Assembly (NCBI GenBank): GCA_964304625.1 | Contig: OZ199840.1 | Location: 903,284 to 967,283, forward strand | Direction: 5' to 3' | Source of the DNA: Kudoa neothunni | Taxonomy: Eukaryota > Animalia > Cnidaria | Length of the DNA stretch: 64,000 nucleotides | Part shown: positions 1 to 13,719 of the stretch, piece by piece | Numbering within the stretch: the first letter of the stretch is position 1 | Layout: each line of letters opens with the position of its first letter | The notes under the pieces: model-generated | Database searches by the model: none | The model's input: only the letters and a program-made list of their open reading frames with translations | Told to the model about the DNA's origin: nothing | Translations under genes and position numbers: made by a program

Positions 1-1632
1 CTACCGATACTGAAACAATATATTAATTTATGTTATTTTAAATTTTATTTTTAAATGTGCATATCAATTTTATGATGTTAACTCATTATTTCATCAAGAT
101 AAGTAATTCCTCTCTGTCGTATATTTCTCCCGCATGTTTAAATATTTAAATGAATCTTTTGATGATATAAATTCTACCACTTGTTCATCTTCAGTTTCAA
201 AATTAGCAGATTCAACAATTAAAGGAGTTAGCTCGTCAAAGTGTTTTGATGTAAGCACAATGACTTTCTCTTGAATAATCTCGGTATTTCCAGCTGAGAA
301 CACTTTCTTGCAAAAATTAACATTTGATGAACGCTCGAATACATCAGCTGTAGGAAACCCCCGTTTTCTAAAATAATTAAACTCAACTTCTTTTGAAATA
401 TCACCGTCCAGAATTTTTTAATTAGGAACAATTTTTAAAGCGAATCTTTGGAGGATGTGTTCATATCACTACTAACTGCATCAATATGGCTTTTTATTAA
501 ATTATTTTTGTAATTTTATTTGAATCAGTACATTATTCCATGGTCTAATGGTTGCAAAACCTTAATTGATTTTTTTGTGAGGAACATAAGAGAGATATTA
601 GATAAATGAATTTATGCGACATGTGGCATTATTAAATAGTGGCGAAACTTTCTTGTACTTCGTTTTGAATACATTGTCAACGTTAGAAAGATATTTATTA
701 AATGTTTCCCTAATCATCCATTCTTGTCTGTTTAATTTGTATTTTACTAGAAATGTTTTAGAATTTTTAAAATAACGTGGTTTTTATGATTTCTAATCAC
801 AAGAGATTCAATGCAACCTCTAGGCGTAGATGCACGTAACAAAACAGTAACTATTTTTGGATTTGTTTCTCTCGACAAAACAGCATTAAAAATAATGAAC
901 TACTTTGTTTCTACTAAAATAATGCAGTTTCGTCATGGTTATAAATACAGTCATCGTTGTTACCTTTGATTTAGTCATTCGAATTAGATTACAAATTTTC
1001 TACAAAACTTAAATCAACACAAGCAGCGTCACCATGGGAAGTGATAATTTTAAATTAAATCATGGGTCATTACTACGTTTAGGTTTAATTCTTTTGTCAA
1101 TTGGTTTCTTTCATGTATGATATCATGAGTAGACAGTTCAATTTTTTATCTCAAATAATTCATCCAGTCATATACTAATGTATCGATTTCGTGATTTGTA
1201 CATTGTTTAAAATTTTTTCTCTCTGAAGAACCCAAGTCAGTTTAAGATAAAACTATATCTTTCTTCCTAATCAAGATGGTATCTGGAATAGTAATAGAAG
1301 GAGTTGAAATTTACTAAAAGTAATATGTTTGCACTCTTGTTTAGTATACATTAAAAAAATCAATAAATTTATATTTTAGTTTTATTATTTCCTCATTTTT
1401 AAGTTTTCCAGACATTATAAATGTAGAAAAAGGAATACCACTAAATCCGCCTAGAGTTGAAAAGTTACGGAAAATCGGTTAAGCGCTAATAATGTGAAAA
1501 CCCCCTAATAAATGTTTAATTTTTAAAATTTTCATTGAAATGTAAAAATAAAATCAAATAAATGATTTGAAATATTAAAACAATATTCTAATGGAAGAAA
1601 CTCCGAAGTTACCGAAAATCGGTTACATACTG
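1..1632 (-). mobile_element. Degenerate Tigger/pogo (CENP-B-type) DNA transposon; left end lies outside the window
   Basis: Broken minus-strand frames align with the transposase at 20994-22870 (VLQPLDHG-like, K(P/T)RYFKN-like motifs). The right end ...CCGAAAATCGGTTACATACTG at 1632 matches the family TIR CAGTAGG(T/G)AACCGATTTT. Confidence 0.8.
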
Positions 1633-3425
1633 TGTCATGTTTCATTATAATAAAAATACTTTGAGAATTTAAAAAAATATACCTTGATGACGTACGATTT
1701 TTTTAGTTTAAATTTTTTTTTTAAATTTTTTATTAGAAATTAAGAAATTATTCAATTTTTATTATTAAAATTCAGGAGCTTAATTTTTAAAAATGATTAT
1801 ATTAATTTTGTTTACATTGAAGTATGTGTAAAACATTGAAAAAAAAATTAAAACTATATTAATATTATTTTATAAATATTTTTATATGCAAAAATTTTCT
1901 AACAAACAAATCAGCAAAATATTCAACTAATTGTGAATATTTCAGAATGTAAACATGATATGTTAATTAAGGTTATTACATTGATCGGTACATATATAAT
2001 TAATTAAAACCAATAATTTATAGAAATAAAAATTTTTTCGTTTTTATGTTTTTTTACAACTACGTTTTTACGTTTATCAAATGCTATACTAAACACACAC
2101 GTATGAAATACTCCTATAAAGTAATAACTTCCTATAATCTTCCTTAAGTTATTTCCCTATTGAAATTAACTATTTATCGTAAATATGATGTTGATTAATT
2201 ATTAAAAAAACTGATCAGCTCAAAGAAAATTCTCAAATTATATTTTGAGAGCACACGGTTGTCATCTCGCTTTTAAAATATTAGTGCTTAAAACCTATAA
2301 AAACTTATTTAATTAAATTTAGTATTGTTAAATTTATGTTTATATGGTAATAAATATGAAATAGAACCGATTTATGAATGATTATCAAAACAAATTAGAG
2401 ATCAATTCAATGTTTATTGAAAAAACATGGAGATTACACGTGTATCCAACTGCGTTCGGATGAAAAATTCTCAAAATTTTTAAGTTATTATTTTGAGCTG
2501 AATTTTTTCTCTCTATATTCGTTTATATTATTATCTTGAATCGTGAAGAAAGAAATTCGAAAATACATGTGCAATAGGACTTTTGTTAGGTGCCGCATAC
2601 TTTACCATTACCCTATATTTTATTGACAGGCCTAAAGAATATTACCAACCCAATATGTTTTCTGTATTATTCAATGGTAAAATGCGTAAAGATTTATAAA
2701 AATGTAATAATAATTCTAAAGAGTCAATTTAAAGATATCTTGATACGTATATTTTGAAATGACACATTATTCTTCATTATATACTGGTTTTAAAAAACGA
2801 AATTCTATTGGTATCGATTTTAAGTATCGGTACCTTGTGGCGACTACCGAATATCGCTCCAAAGTTGCTATCAGGGCAACCCTATTTATAATGTTATAGA
2901 AGATAATAAAATTTATTATTTTTTTATAATTATTGAATAAAAACCTAAATTGACGAAAATGTTTGACAACGCGAAGATATAACTCGAAACCACCATATTA
3001 TTATTTTGCTTAAGTTTTATCGCATTATTAAATTTTTTAATAAAAATGATTAAAATGTAGAATAGTGGCCTTAATCCAAATCAGCGACACCGGACAAAAA
3101 CGAACCTGTTAAATATTTTATTATTGAGTATTTATCAGTGCCGAATCTTCAGCAGGGTAACTTTGGCAACATCTATTTGTCATCACAATAATAGTTGATG
3201 TAATCTATTATATGCTGAACTCCTAGCTCCTTGCGATTATTTTAACAGACTGTATCGCCAATTAAGCCGGTTCGAGTTAAGCATGCTTTATGTATTTTAA
3301 AATTTAAGTAGGAAACTTTAATTTTGATGGATTATTACAATATAACCTTAACGATTGTCTACTGTATCAATTACTTAATTATAAGAATAAAAATTTCATA
3401 TTTTATATAAACATTAGCTAATTAA

Positions 3426-6055
3426 CCCCCGAATACCTGGAGTGGACCGCGTTGGTTCACGAGATATAAAATTTTTAATATCTTTATACATACATTTTTA
3501 TAAACTTTTTATGCTGAAAGTATGCTTTATTATATTTTAAAATAATTGACCTGTAAGTTATGAACATTTTTGTAAAAATAAGTAAACAAAAAAAGTTACG
3601 TAAATACCGGAGATGGACCATTTCGATCCACGTGTAATTGTTAACGAAATTAATATTTTGTATTATAATTACATCATTCTAAATTTAATATTATATTTCA
3701 TAAGCAATATAAAATATTTATGACTAATTATTTGTTTGATCAAAAATTAAAATTGAATTTATTTTATGACAAGCTCGCGCACTCAATAAGGAATTTGCTT
3801 AAAAAATGAATTCTGGGGAAGAACATATTTTTTTAAAATAGGAAAAGAAAGTGCTGACGATGCAATATACATTGAAAGTGGCTCGATGGATTTGGATGAA
3901 ATAATTAACGATCCAGTCAACAATGACGACGATGATGATGCTTACGATAACGATGCGGGCATTGGAGATATGACTCATGTCCCTTTTGTTGTCTCTAAAG
4001 ATGGAGAAAAATGGCACAAAATCCCTAATAAAGTTGAATGCAGACCTACGACAGAAAATATTTATAATGTAAAAGCGACATTTACAAAAAAAGCTTTCTA
4101 GAATGGCCAAACTCCCATAAGGGCTTTTAATAATTTTATGACCTATAAAATTCTGGAAGAGATCAAATAATGTACAAACAAATTTATTGAACGAGAAAAA
4201 ACCAATGTCAACAAGATAAATATGGCCAAGCAGAAATTTTTTTTGGGAGCTATCCTATTAATTGACGTAATGAAATGCAAAAATGAAAACATCCGAGAAT
4301 TTTGTACTGAAAAATTTGGTTTTTCAATAATAATTGCAAAAATTACAAGAATATGCCTTGAAGATTTTTCAACTTGACTCAGATTTGACAAGAGAAGAAC
4401 CAGGGATAGAGAGGATAAACTTTTCCCCATTAGATATATAAATACAATGAGTTTATAAAGACGTGTAAAGAAAGTTACAACTCATCTCCCCAATTAACTG
4501 TGGATGAACAGCTTGTCACATTTAGAGGTCGTTTCCCATTCAAAATGTTCATTCCTTCTAAGCCTGGCAAGTATGGGATAAAAATTTGGACATTGTGTGA
4601 TGCAACAATCACACATCTATTCAATCCAAAGATATACATTAGCAGGGAGAACGGCGTTCTTGAAACCAGCCGAGGTGAAAATGTGGTAAACGATCTAATT
4701 ACACCTTATTTTAAAAAAAATTCGTAACGTTACCATTGACAATTTTTTTCCACATCGTCACTTGAGAAATATTCAATGTCTCAGAAAACAACAATTGTGG
4801 AAACCTTCGTAAAAATAAAAGATTTCTCATCCCTAAATTTCAGCCATCAAAGGGAATAACAAACGATGTGTAATTTCTATTTCAGAATAAATTTACCTTG
4901 GTAAAATACAATCTCAAGAATAATAAATCCGTGGTATTTTTTAGTTCCACACATCGAGGTTGAAATATTGATTCGGGTTCAAAATAACCAGAGGTCATGA
5001 ATTATTACAACCAAACTAAAGGAGGGTGGATATGCTTGACCAAATTGTCCGCTGTTATTCCACAAAAAGAGCCACTCGTTGTTGGCTGATAGCAATTTTC
5101 TTTAACATAATCGATATAGCCGCCTATAATGCCTATCTTTTGTATTTTTATCGAAATATGAAATTCAAGAATAATCATAAGAAACAAACCCAATGAAAGT
5201 TTTTAAAAATGTTAGCGGCAGAGTTGCTGGGAAACGATGATAAAAATTTTAAAACCAACCCAATAAAAAGGAACCTCCGTTTGGAAGAGGTGAATGCTAT
5301 ATTTGCCCAACTAACATGAAAAAAAGCAGGAGAATTTGTTCAGGTTGAAACAAATTAGTCTGCGAAAATCACATAATTGAAAATATAGAATGTTTTGTGT
5401 GTGACAAAAAATAAAATATATTTTATTATATATCAACTTTATTTCACCATATTTTTATCCGCACTTAAAATTTCTTTATTAAACTTGATTATATCTCAAA
5501 ATATATCATTTGTGTATTTTACCTATTTAGATTATAGACAAAACAAGTAGAATCAATGTCATTATAATGAGATTGTATAGATAGTTTAAACATGTATATT
5601 AGTTTTTTGTTGTAAAATATTAAATATTTTTGAAGTTAAATCATCGTTTACTCATAAACAAAAAAAATTGTTTATTATAATGGTTTTGTGCCAGTAAATC
5701 GAAACACCATCTAAATGAAACCACTAATTATAATCATAAAATAACAATTTTGAAAATGATAAATTAATTTAAATATAAAAATTATATGAACTAACTTTAT
5801 TTTGTTTCAATTTTACGATATCGATTTTATATAACTTGATATTTTCAAATTATTTTTGTATGCGCGCACCTAAAAAATTTGATTTTAATGTTTTAATTCA
5901 AATGTTTTTTTAACTTAAATCAAGCCATTTAATTTTTTTTATTTCCCTTTGTAGTTAAACAGTTCAAGTATAATTATGCTATGATCAAATTGCATACGAC
6001 CATAGTGGTTCTCTTCGGGCATTCGTGTAATTTTTTTTTGGCAGGTATTCTAGGG
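3426..6055 (+). mobile_element. piggyBac DNA transposon (PGBD4-like), inactivated
   Basis: TTAA on both sides. TIR CCCCCGAATACCTG vs CCCTAGAATACCTG (reverse complement). Motifs VDEQLVTFRGRFPFKMFIPSKPGKYGIKIW, NVTIDNFF, YNQTKGGVD and a Cys-rich C-terminus. Contains stops and frameshifts. Confidence 0.92.
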
Positions 6056-6849
6056 TTAACTGTAGCAAATGCATAACGTTAATATCAAAAATAATTTTTG
6101 TGGATGGAATTACGGCATTATCACCATTAAATGTTCAAACAAATATCACGATAATTTGATTTAAAAAATTTATGATTAATCCTCTAGCAAATTATAATCT
6201 TTTTTCGGTACATGCGACCATTATTCTGCATTTTAACCATGAAAGTACTATTAATCCTCGTACCCATGGTGGGGATAATCTTGACACTCACAAGTTTTAA
6301 TCGGTGTTTTATTGTAAACACATCCATGAAACAAAAAAAAGGTTTGCTTCTACTTTTGATTTATTTTTAAGTCTCATTTATTATAATAAATATAAAAATT
6401 TGTTATATATTTTCTTTATAGGTATTTTAAACTTCGTAACATTAAATACATGCTACCATTTTAGATGCCATTTTGAACCCCGTTTTTATCTTAAAAACTC
6501 CGGACAATACTTCAGCAATTTACATCGTGTCGTAAAAAATAAGCAATTATTATAACAGAATAATTACGAATGTTAAAATATACATAATAAACATAAAAAA
6601 TATAAAAACCCTTCTTATTCAAACATTTGACATAGATTGTGAATCAATGAATGCATGTTTATTCTAGAAATAGAAAAATTTCCAAATAATTATATAAAAC
6701 AATGTATAACATATATATGAGATTATGAAATATTTAAATTCCCTATTACAGCCTGACTATCATGACATCGATATTGAGCTTGATTTTAGTGGTAATACAA
6801 TTTAAAAACTTTTATCATAATAAGTGTCAACATTTAGTACGCATTCAAA

Positions 6850-7600
6850 GATTAACTGGTTTAGAAGTCATGCTAAAAAATTATATATGTACCTATAGAT
6901 TCATTTAACTAGAGACTGCAAAACATTAGTAATTTTGAATATCCAAAATTTTCCCATGGACAACCAACAGTCAATATATTTCATTAAGTCATCTTTTGTA
7001 ATCAGAAATTACTCGCAACGTATATTTTTCATGAATTTATTCTTATATTAAACAGTCCACTCTAACATTTCATTGTCAAGAGAATTTAAGAAAGTCAAAA
7101 GTGGAGTATCGAAATTTTTAAGACGTTATTTTTACATCTTATGTCATATAAATTATCCTCAGCCTCAGTTTGTCATAGAGTGCATTTCGTTTGTTCAGAT
7201 AATTTTTCTCCATCCTTCGATACCAGTGCGTGAATATTTTCTTCATGAAGATCAATTTTATCATTTTAATCATATTAATCTTATGTGAGGTTCTCAATTG
7301 TACAATCGCTAAATTAGGAATCAGCCTATTCTAAACAGTAGTCATATTCAGCATATTCAAGATTCAATGTACTACGTTTATGGCTAAAATGACAAGTATC
7401 TACATATTTTCCACTCGTTTATTTAAACAGTTTACAAATTATCTATAATAAAAAATCGTTTATTATATCTATTTCTATAAGCCATGCAAACAAAACTATG
7501 AATTTTTCCAAAAAGGCAAGGATCATAATGACTCCGTAGATTTCTCGCTTAAGCTTCCTTTCTTCGGTCCAACGTGAGTTAACTCTACTTATGGCACAAA
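6850..7600 (-). mobile_element. Ancient piggyBac transposase fossil (N-terminal part); boundaries approximate
   Basis: Minus-strand translation through stops gives VSKDGEKLSEQTK, TPLLTFLNSLDNEMLEWTV*YKN and ITKDDLMKYI, resembling the piggyBac N-terminal SKDG..W, TP..F...EML..IV..TN and DEL..YIG blocks. Confidence 0.55.
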
Positions 7601-7672
7601 TTTTTATTAATTGCATATGATTAAATAAATATATTCATAATTAAAAATATGTCTATTTTTCTGCTATATAAT

Positions 7673-9700
7673 TAGGGTTTGCAATTTTTGATTAAAATCG
7701 ATTTCCATTGATTTAAAACGTTGAATTTGAAAAAACGTGCAAGTTTTATATTTTTTTGATCGATAAAAGCTAATTTTGTTTAATTGAAACCCTTGAAAAT
7801 GAGAAGAAAACGTCGAGAGTCGACTGATTATTTAATTGATTGGAACGACTTGGAAGTTGCGGGAGACATGTTCTCATGCAAATATTGCGAGCTAGTCTTA
7901 CCCCTTTAAATAAAACAAAATACAAACACACGTTATATCGTAAAAACACGCGACTATGAAGATTAATGTGAAAAACACTATCCCCAACAAAGATATTTTG
8001 AACCGTGATAGATCCAACTCAAGCGAAATTGAAATGGACCTAATAAAGATTGTATTATTTGATGGTCTTCCATTCCAGGCTATCAATAAAGATAGTTCAT
8101 TAAGGAATTTTCGTTTTAAATACTGCCCAGCTTTACGATCATTACCCGATGGAAGAGTTCTTATCGATAAACATATTTCCCCGATATTTTTGAGGAGTAT
8201 GCAAGCGATTAAACTAGCAATGGTAGATGTTCGATACAGTTTGATAATTGACGAGTTGCCTGACTTTAATAATATACATGTTTTCAACACGTTGGCTAGT
8301 TATTACGATCACCAATAAAATAAAAGAATAATATTTATGTATGATTCACCCAGAATTTTAAATTGCAATTCTGTTATTGTTGCTAATCAATTATCAAACA
8401 TGCTGAAACGCTACGACTTGGTATGGGATAACGGTTTCGTTATTACTTCGGAATCAGCGTTATACATGAAAAAATTCATTAATAATTTGAAAGCAATGTG
8501 TTCACATATTGTTCGAATTCCATGCTTTTCTCATATTATCTATCTTGTTGTCCGAAAAGCTACAGACGAATATTTCTTGGATATTAAAAAATTCTGCACA
8601 AAGTTTTCATCTATTCTGTCCAATTATAATACAAAGAGAACATTCCTGATTCATCTCAAGAACAACAATTTGGAAGATGTCAAAGAAATTCTTCGTGTCA
8701 TGGAAATCCGTTGGTATAATTTTTACAATTGCTTAAAGCGAATAAAATAATATTACCCAGCTGTTGTCGATTTTCTAAATGAAATTAAACCTTTAGAATT
8801 CTGAAAACGTCTAAATGAAATTCTACTAATTAATTCTGAGAATATCAATGTCTTATTTCTCTCTGTCACTATGTTAATTGATGAACTTACGCCGCTGGTT
8901 GAATTTTCGAAACGTATTGAAACTAACGATAATTTTTGTTTTCCATGTATGTTCGACTGGATGAATAATAATTTTGGAATGAATAATAATTTTCTGAATG
9001 ATCACAAAGATAATCTTGGACTTCTTCCATTTGAAATTAGAACAAATCTTATCAATAAAATTGAATCTTTTCGCTGGAGCATCATCTAAGAAATCCACGA
9101 TTTAATATCAAATAGTATTAATGATTGCTTTCCATCAGCCACTTTCTCTAAAACAATCAAAAACATTGACCCAACAACGCCCTTATCAATTGACAATGGA
9201 CACATAGATTATCTTTGTTATTTAATAGAGGCTAAAGACGAAGTTATCCATAATGATGAATACAATTTCTTCTGTAAGGCACTTAATAATTCAAGTTAAC
9301 CTTTTATCACTACACACTTCTCGAAGGAAAAATCCAATATTTTCCTATTGCTGTGAAAACTTTCGTTGGATTTGTTGACAATAAACATTTCATCTATCAC
9401 CGTAGAACAAAGCTTTTCGAAACTAAATTATATATTTCGAAAAAAAATTATGAAACTCTCAAATGAACGCGTTTCAATGGTTTTGATGCTTCATTTTAAC
9501 GGTCCATCTCTATTTTAACAAGAGGTTACTCAACATAATTATTTTTACTCTAAAAAACTTTGTTTTTTTAGTCCCCCAAAAATCCAGATTTTTCTTTTAT
9601 TCTTAAAATATACGTGAACAAAGCCGATTTCGAGAAGAAAAATTTGATTGATAAAATCCGTCGAATAAAAAAAAATAAACGTCGAAATTTGTAAACCCTG
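7673..9700 (+). mobile_element. hAT DNA transposon, inactivated
   Basis: 8-bp TSD TATATAAT (7665-7672, 9701-9708). TIR (T/C)AGGGTTT(G/A)CAA. Motifs CKYC (BED-like finger), PCFSH (CxxH), IRWY and SSITVEQSFSKL (hAT dimerization region). Confidence 0.92.
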
Positions 9701-9818
9701 TATATAATCATAAAATAGATAATATGTATTAGCTTGAATTTGAATATAATATGTATTAATTAAATAAATATCAAATTAAAGTGTTATATTTTTAATTATC
9801 CTCATCGTCGAAATGAAT

Positions 9819-12759
9819 CTAATTTCTATTCTTCCAGTAACCAAAATAGAATCCTGCTCCAATAACAACAAGAGCTATTGGAACTACAGTAGCAATAATT
9901 CTATATATCAAAGTTAAACAAAACATATCTACTTATTATACATTGTATTTGTTGATCTAAACAAATTTAAAACTAATATTTACACATCGAAGTTACGTAG
10001 ATTTATTGGAGGTTTCACCTATTATTTAATTTAAAAAGTTGATATAAGTGGTCTTATTTTACCTTTATTAATTTTTTCAAGCCCAAATACATTACTTTGG
10101 TCACTATGGAATACTTCCAACTGATAATTACTTGTGTCTTCAACATCAGAAATGGAGAATCCCCTGCAAGGAGGAAACACATCGCAACCCTCACCAACTA
10201 CCATGCATTTCTTAACTATTTGGTTGGATGGGTCGTCCAAATTTATTAATTTCCATTTACACAAAGAAGTTTGATCCACATCTTTCGGTAAAGTCGTTTT
10301 CACATTTATAGTTGTATCTTCACGGGTAATTACAATTGTTATTTTTTTCGTGGGGTTCACATGTGGTGTAGCTGATGGATCTAAAATTAAATATTAATTA
10401 TTGAATTTAAATATAATATAATAAATTTTACTTTTGGGTATGTGTATTGTAGTTTCGGTCGATCTTCCAACAGCTGTCACTAAAACTCTGTACTCTTTGT
10501 CTGCTTCGTATACTTCACTAAATATGATACTACTACATGAGGGTGGTACTTCACAAGATGGGGTTGTAAGCTTATTAGTCGGCGTGACGTTTGTTGATGG
10601 TTGACCCGTTGATCTAGCAACTCCAGATTGTGAGAGAGTTGATTTCATATCAGATTTGGCAGTATTTCCTGTCGATTGTGGTGCTGGACATTCATACAAC
10701 ATATCATATGTTTCCCCATTCTTTACTTTTACTTTGTAATGGCATACAGCTTCGGCATAAGGTGAAGACAACGTGCCTACTATTTTAAAACCTTTTTCCA
10801 AAAATTGATTTTCTAGTTTGAGAGTTGACATTCCTTAACAATCATAATTTAAAGTTAGGTGAAACATGGGAAATTTAGTACTCGTCCTTATTTGAAAGAC
10901 TTTAGAACCGTGCTCTTTGTGTGCAACAACCTTTAGATCGTATTCTGTTCCCGGAATAAGTCCCACAATATGTTGAGTGTCTCTACAGAATCCTCTGCAT
11001 GGATAACTATCCGCACACATTGCACAAACGTATACATCCTTTCCACGGGGGCTGAGATAGTAAGCACATGTGATATCTGTATTCGCAGCAACTGTGCTAA
11101 CATCGAGAGCTTTAATGGAAAGATGGGTATCCCCCAAGGTTGTTGTTGCACCGGGGAAAATATTTTCAGCTGTTGCATCTATATATTATATTATATAAAT
11201 ATCATTTGATAATTAATATACTTGTTCTGAAGAATATATGCTCTTTAAAATCAGCGGGGACACCATGGTTACCACCTGCTGAAGCTGCTTTAATTTCAAG
11301 AGTATAAGGTTTTCCACTGACAAGTGAGGATATTTTTAGCGCTGAACCACAATCAGTGTTACATCCGTCACTGGCATTTTCACAAATAGCCTTTGTACCA
11401 TCCGTATCAGCCAACGATGGTTCATCGGCAGCATAATAACTTACAGTACACGAAGAAAATTGTGGGGTACCAGTTGGTTTGAATAAGCGTGTATCTAGTG
11501 TAACACCTGAGGCAGTGTACGACGATAATAATTCGGCGGGAGTTTCATCAGTAAGTTTTTCTGTAATAACTAAATAAATATTATTTGAAATATTTAACTT
11601 TCTTATAAACCAAATTTTTTTTTGTATGTATCCAAAGTATGTAGTTCCAATTTTTCCAATTTGGAAATGTCTAGTTTGTATCAATATTTCGACAACTGCT
11701 TTCGATGCATCGAAAATAAGTTCTACATTATTACATGGTGCATAGCAATCTTTATCTTCATTTTCACCACATTTGGATGTATAATCTTTTGTATCTCCAG
11801 TTTGAATTTGAGTGGATACGTCCTTTATACCAAATCGACAGATTTCAAACGGAAATTTATTTGTAAACTTAAGTAAATATTTAGTCTTCAGGTCATCATT
11901 ATTATATTTCACATAATATTGCGGAATGTAAACGTCAGTGTTCATCAAAGTATAATTATTTTGCAGTTTATAAAAGAATGATGGATAACCCACGCATTTC
12001 ATTTCATAATGTGGGATCATCAAATCAAAATCTACTTCATTATTATTATCATTTCCTGTAACACAATCGGCTGCAGCGGTTCCGTCAGCGTATTTTACAC
12101 CCTTATAGGAAATGGGGCATGCAACATTTGCACAAGTTATTGTTTTCAATTTCAGTTTACGTTGACTCGTTGATATTGTCACTTGTGGGTTTACTAGCAA
12201 ACCTATAAAAATATATAGATAATTTTTTAATATTCATCTAATTACGAATTTCTAGCCCAAAAATTGTTTTAGCTTTTGTTTGTTGAGAAGCAGTTTGAGC
12301 CCCATTCGCCACAAAAACTTTGATATATTTTGTCCTTGGGGAAAATTTATCATACGCAAGTGAATTAGTGCTTCCTGTGCAAACAATAACGCATTTATCA
12401 TTAACTAGTGCATTCCCATTTTTCAGGACACTGATTAATATCTTGATAAGTAACCTCAAACTCATTGAATTTTTTAATGTAACAATGGTTCGACTCGGAA
12501 AATTCACCTCCACTTAATGCAAAATGAACTTTCATTTTGTTATCATGTTGCACGATTTTTGTATGTGAGGGATTCTGTTTCAGCGGTTGGAGTTTCAGGT
12601 TGTCGTTGTTGTTGCTGTTGTTGATTAATTTGAGGTTGAGTTTGAGCTCCTTCTTGTGGAGTAGATTTCGCTATATTCGATTTAAATATTTACTAAATAG
12701 TAGGTATAGTTACAAATAATTGTAATAATTATTCCTAATAAAAAGAGGAACCCTTTCAT
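9819..12759 (-). CDS. Array copy 1: Cys-rich FN3-like multi-module type I membrane protein (10 exons); apparent +1 homopolymer frameshifts
   Basis: Exon-by-exon homology to intact copy 3 with conserved GT-AG sites. Signal MKGFLFLLGIIITII; TM IIATVVPIALVVIGAGFYFGYW followed by KNRN*. Extra A in runs near 12557 and 12421. Confidence 0.8.
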
Positions 12760-13492
12760 TTTGATTTAAATTATCAAAAACGGATATTAACGTTTGATTC
12801 ATAAAGAACAATACAATGAATGCATAGAAATTTAATAATACTCTCGTATCTATTATTAATATAATTTTACCAAATTGTTTATCCTAGGATTACATTTGCT
12901 ATTTATGTTAAATAAATATCGTTTATCAAAAATTATTAACAAAAATAAAAGAATTTATCTATGTTAATATAAAAGTCGCTTCAAAAATAATATTAATTTA
13001 AAAAATGATAAACGAATTAATTTGAATCAATCAAAAATCTATTTAAAATATTAAATAAATATTTTTATTTTCAATAAGTCCTCTAACCTATTAAAAAAAA
13101 TTCATAACATAGATTTTAATAATTTCTTTATAATTCAAACGGATTATTAATTTCAATTTAATTGTTGTCTATATGTTTCAACTCGTCAACCCAGTTTATA
13201 ACGATTTTTATGTCTATTCATATTGTTTCAGCGACTTCATTACTTTCCCTAATTGATGTTGTTATCTTACTTTTTCTCATAATATTTATTTATAAATTTT
13301 TTACTTATATTCCCTACGAAAATTCAAAATATAATTTTATTATTAAATTAGATAAAATATCTTCGCTATATCTCAAATTTATTTTTTAATTTTATTAAAT
13401 ACAATTTTTAATAACAACAAAATTAATATAGATTTTAAAATTAATTTATAAAAATTTAACATTTGCAGAGCATTTTCAAATTATTGGATTAA
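12760..13492 (-). promoter_or_regulatory. Conserved 5' flank of the array genes (putative 5'UTR/promoter); homologous to 19428-19720, 34410-34600 and 43578-44287
   Basis: The first ~125 nt upstream of the ATG read identically in copies 1 and 2 and nearly so in copy 4. Homology with the copy-4 flank ends at a TTAA (13489-13492 vs 44284-44287). Confidence 0.6.
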
Positions 13493-13719
13493 CCTCCTAA
13501 GTAAATGAAAAATTTACACCTTCCAAATAAAATGTGATATAAATTTACCTCATTTTTTTATCTTATAAAATTGTCCCAAATAAAATTACACATTGAATAA
13601 TAAAATATGAGGAGAATTCATTGTGAAAAGTTTGAATAAATGACCAATTATTAAAGTTATATTCTATATGTGTGTGCGCACGCATCAACGTTGTTACGCT
13701 TCGTTGAGGGATGGTTGTA

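Larger units (their letters stand above)
1..10390. repeat. Segmental duplication, copy A (paired with 20082-31980)
   Basis: Position 1 corresponds to 20082. The same ORFs recur in the same order (e.g. 7956/29539, 8337/29920, 10031/31614). Copy B carries three extra insertions. Confidence 0.95.

Noticed and set aside
6304-7288. ORFs 6304-6555 and 7073-7288, identical in both duplicate copies
   Set aside because: Identity reflects the duplication. They have non-ATG starts and no motifs, and one is antisense to a transposase fossil.
13162-13389. Hydrophobic ORF shared with 43977-44159
   Set aside because: It lies in the duplicated 5' flank, has a TTG start and AT-driven composition, and its length is not conserved.
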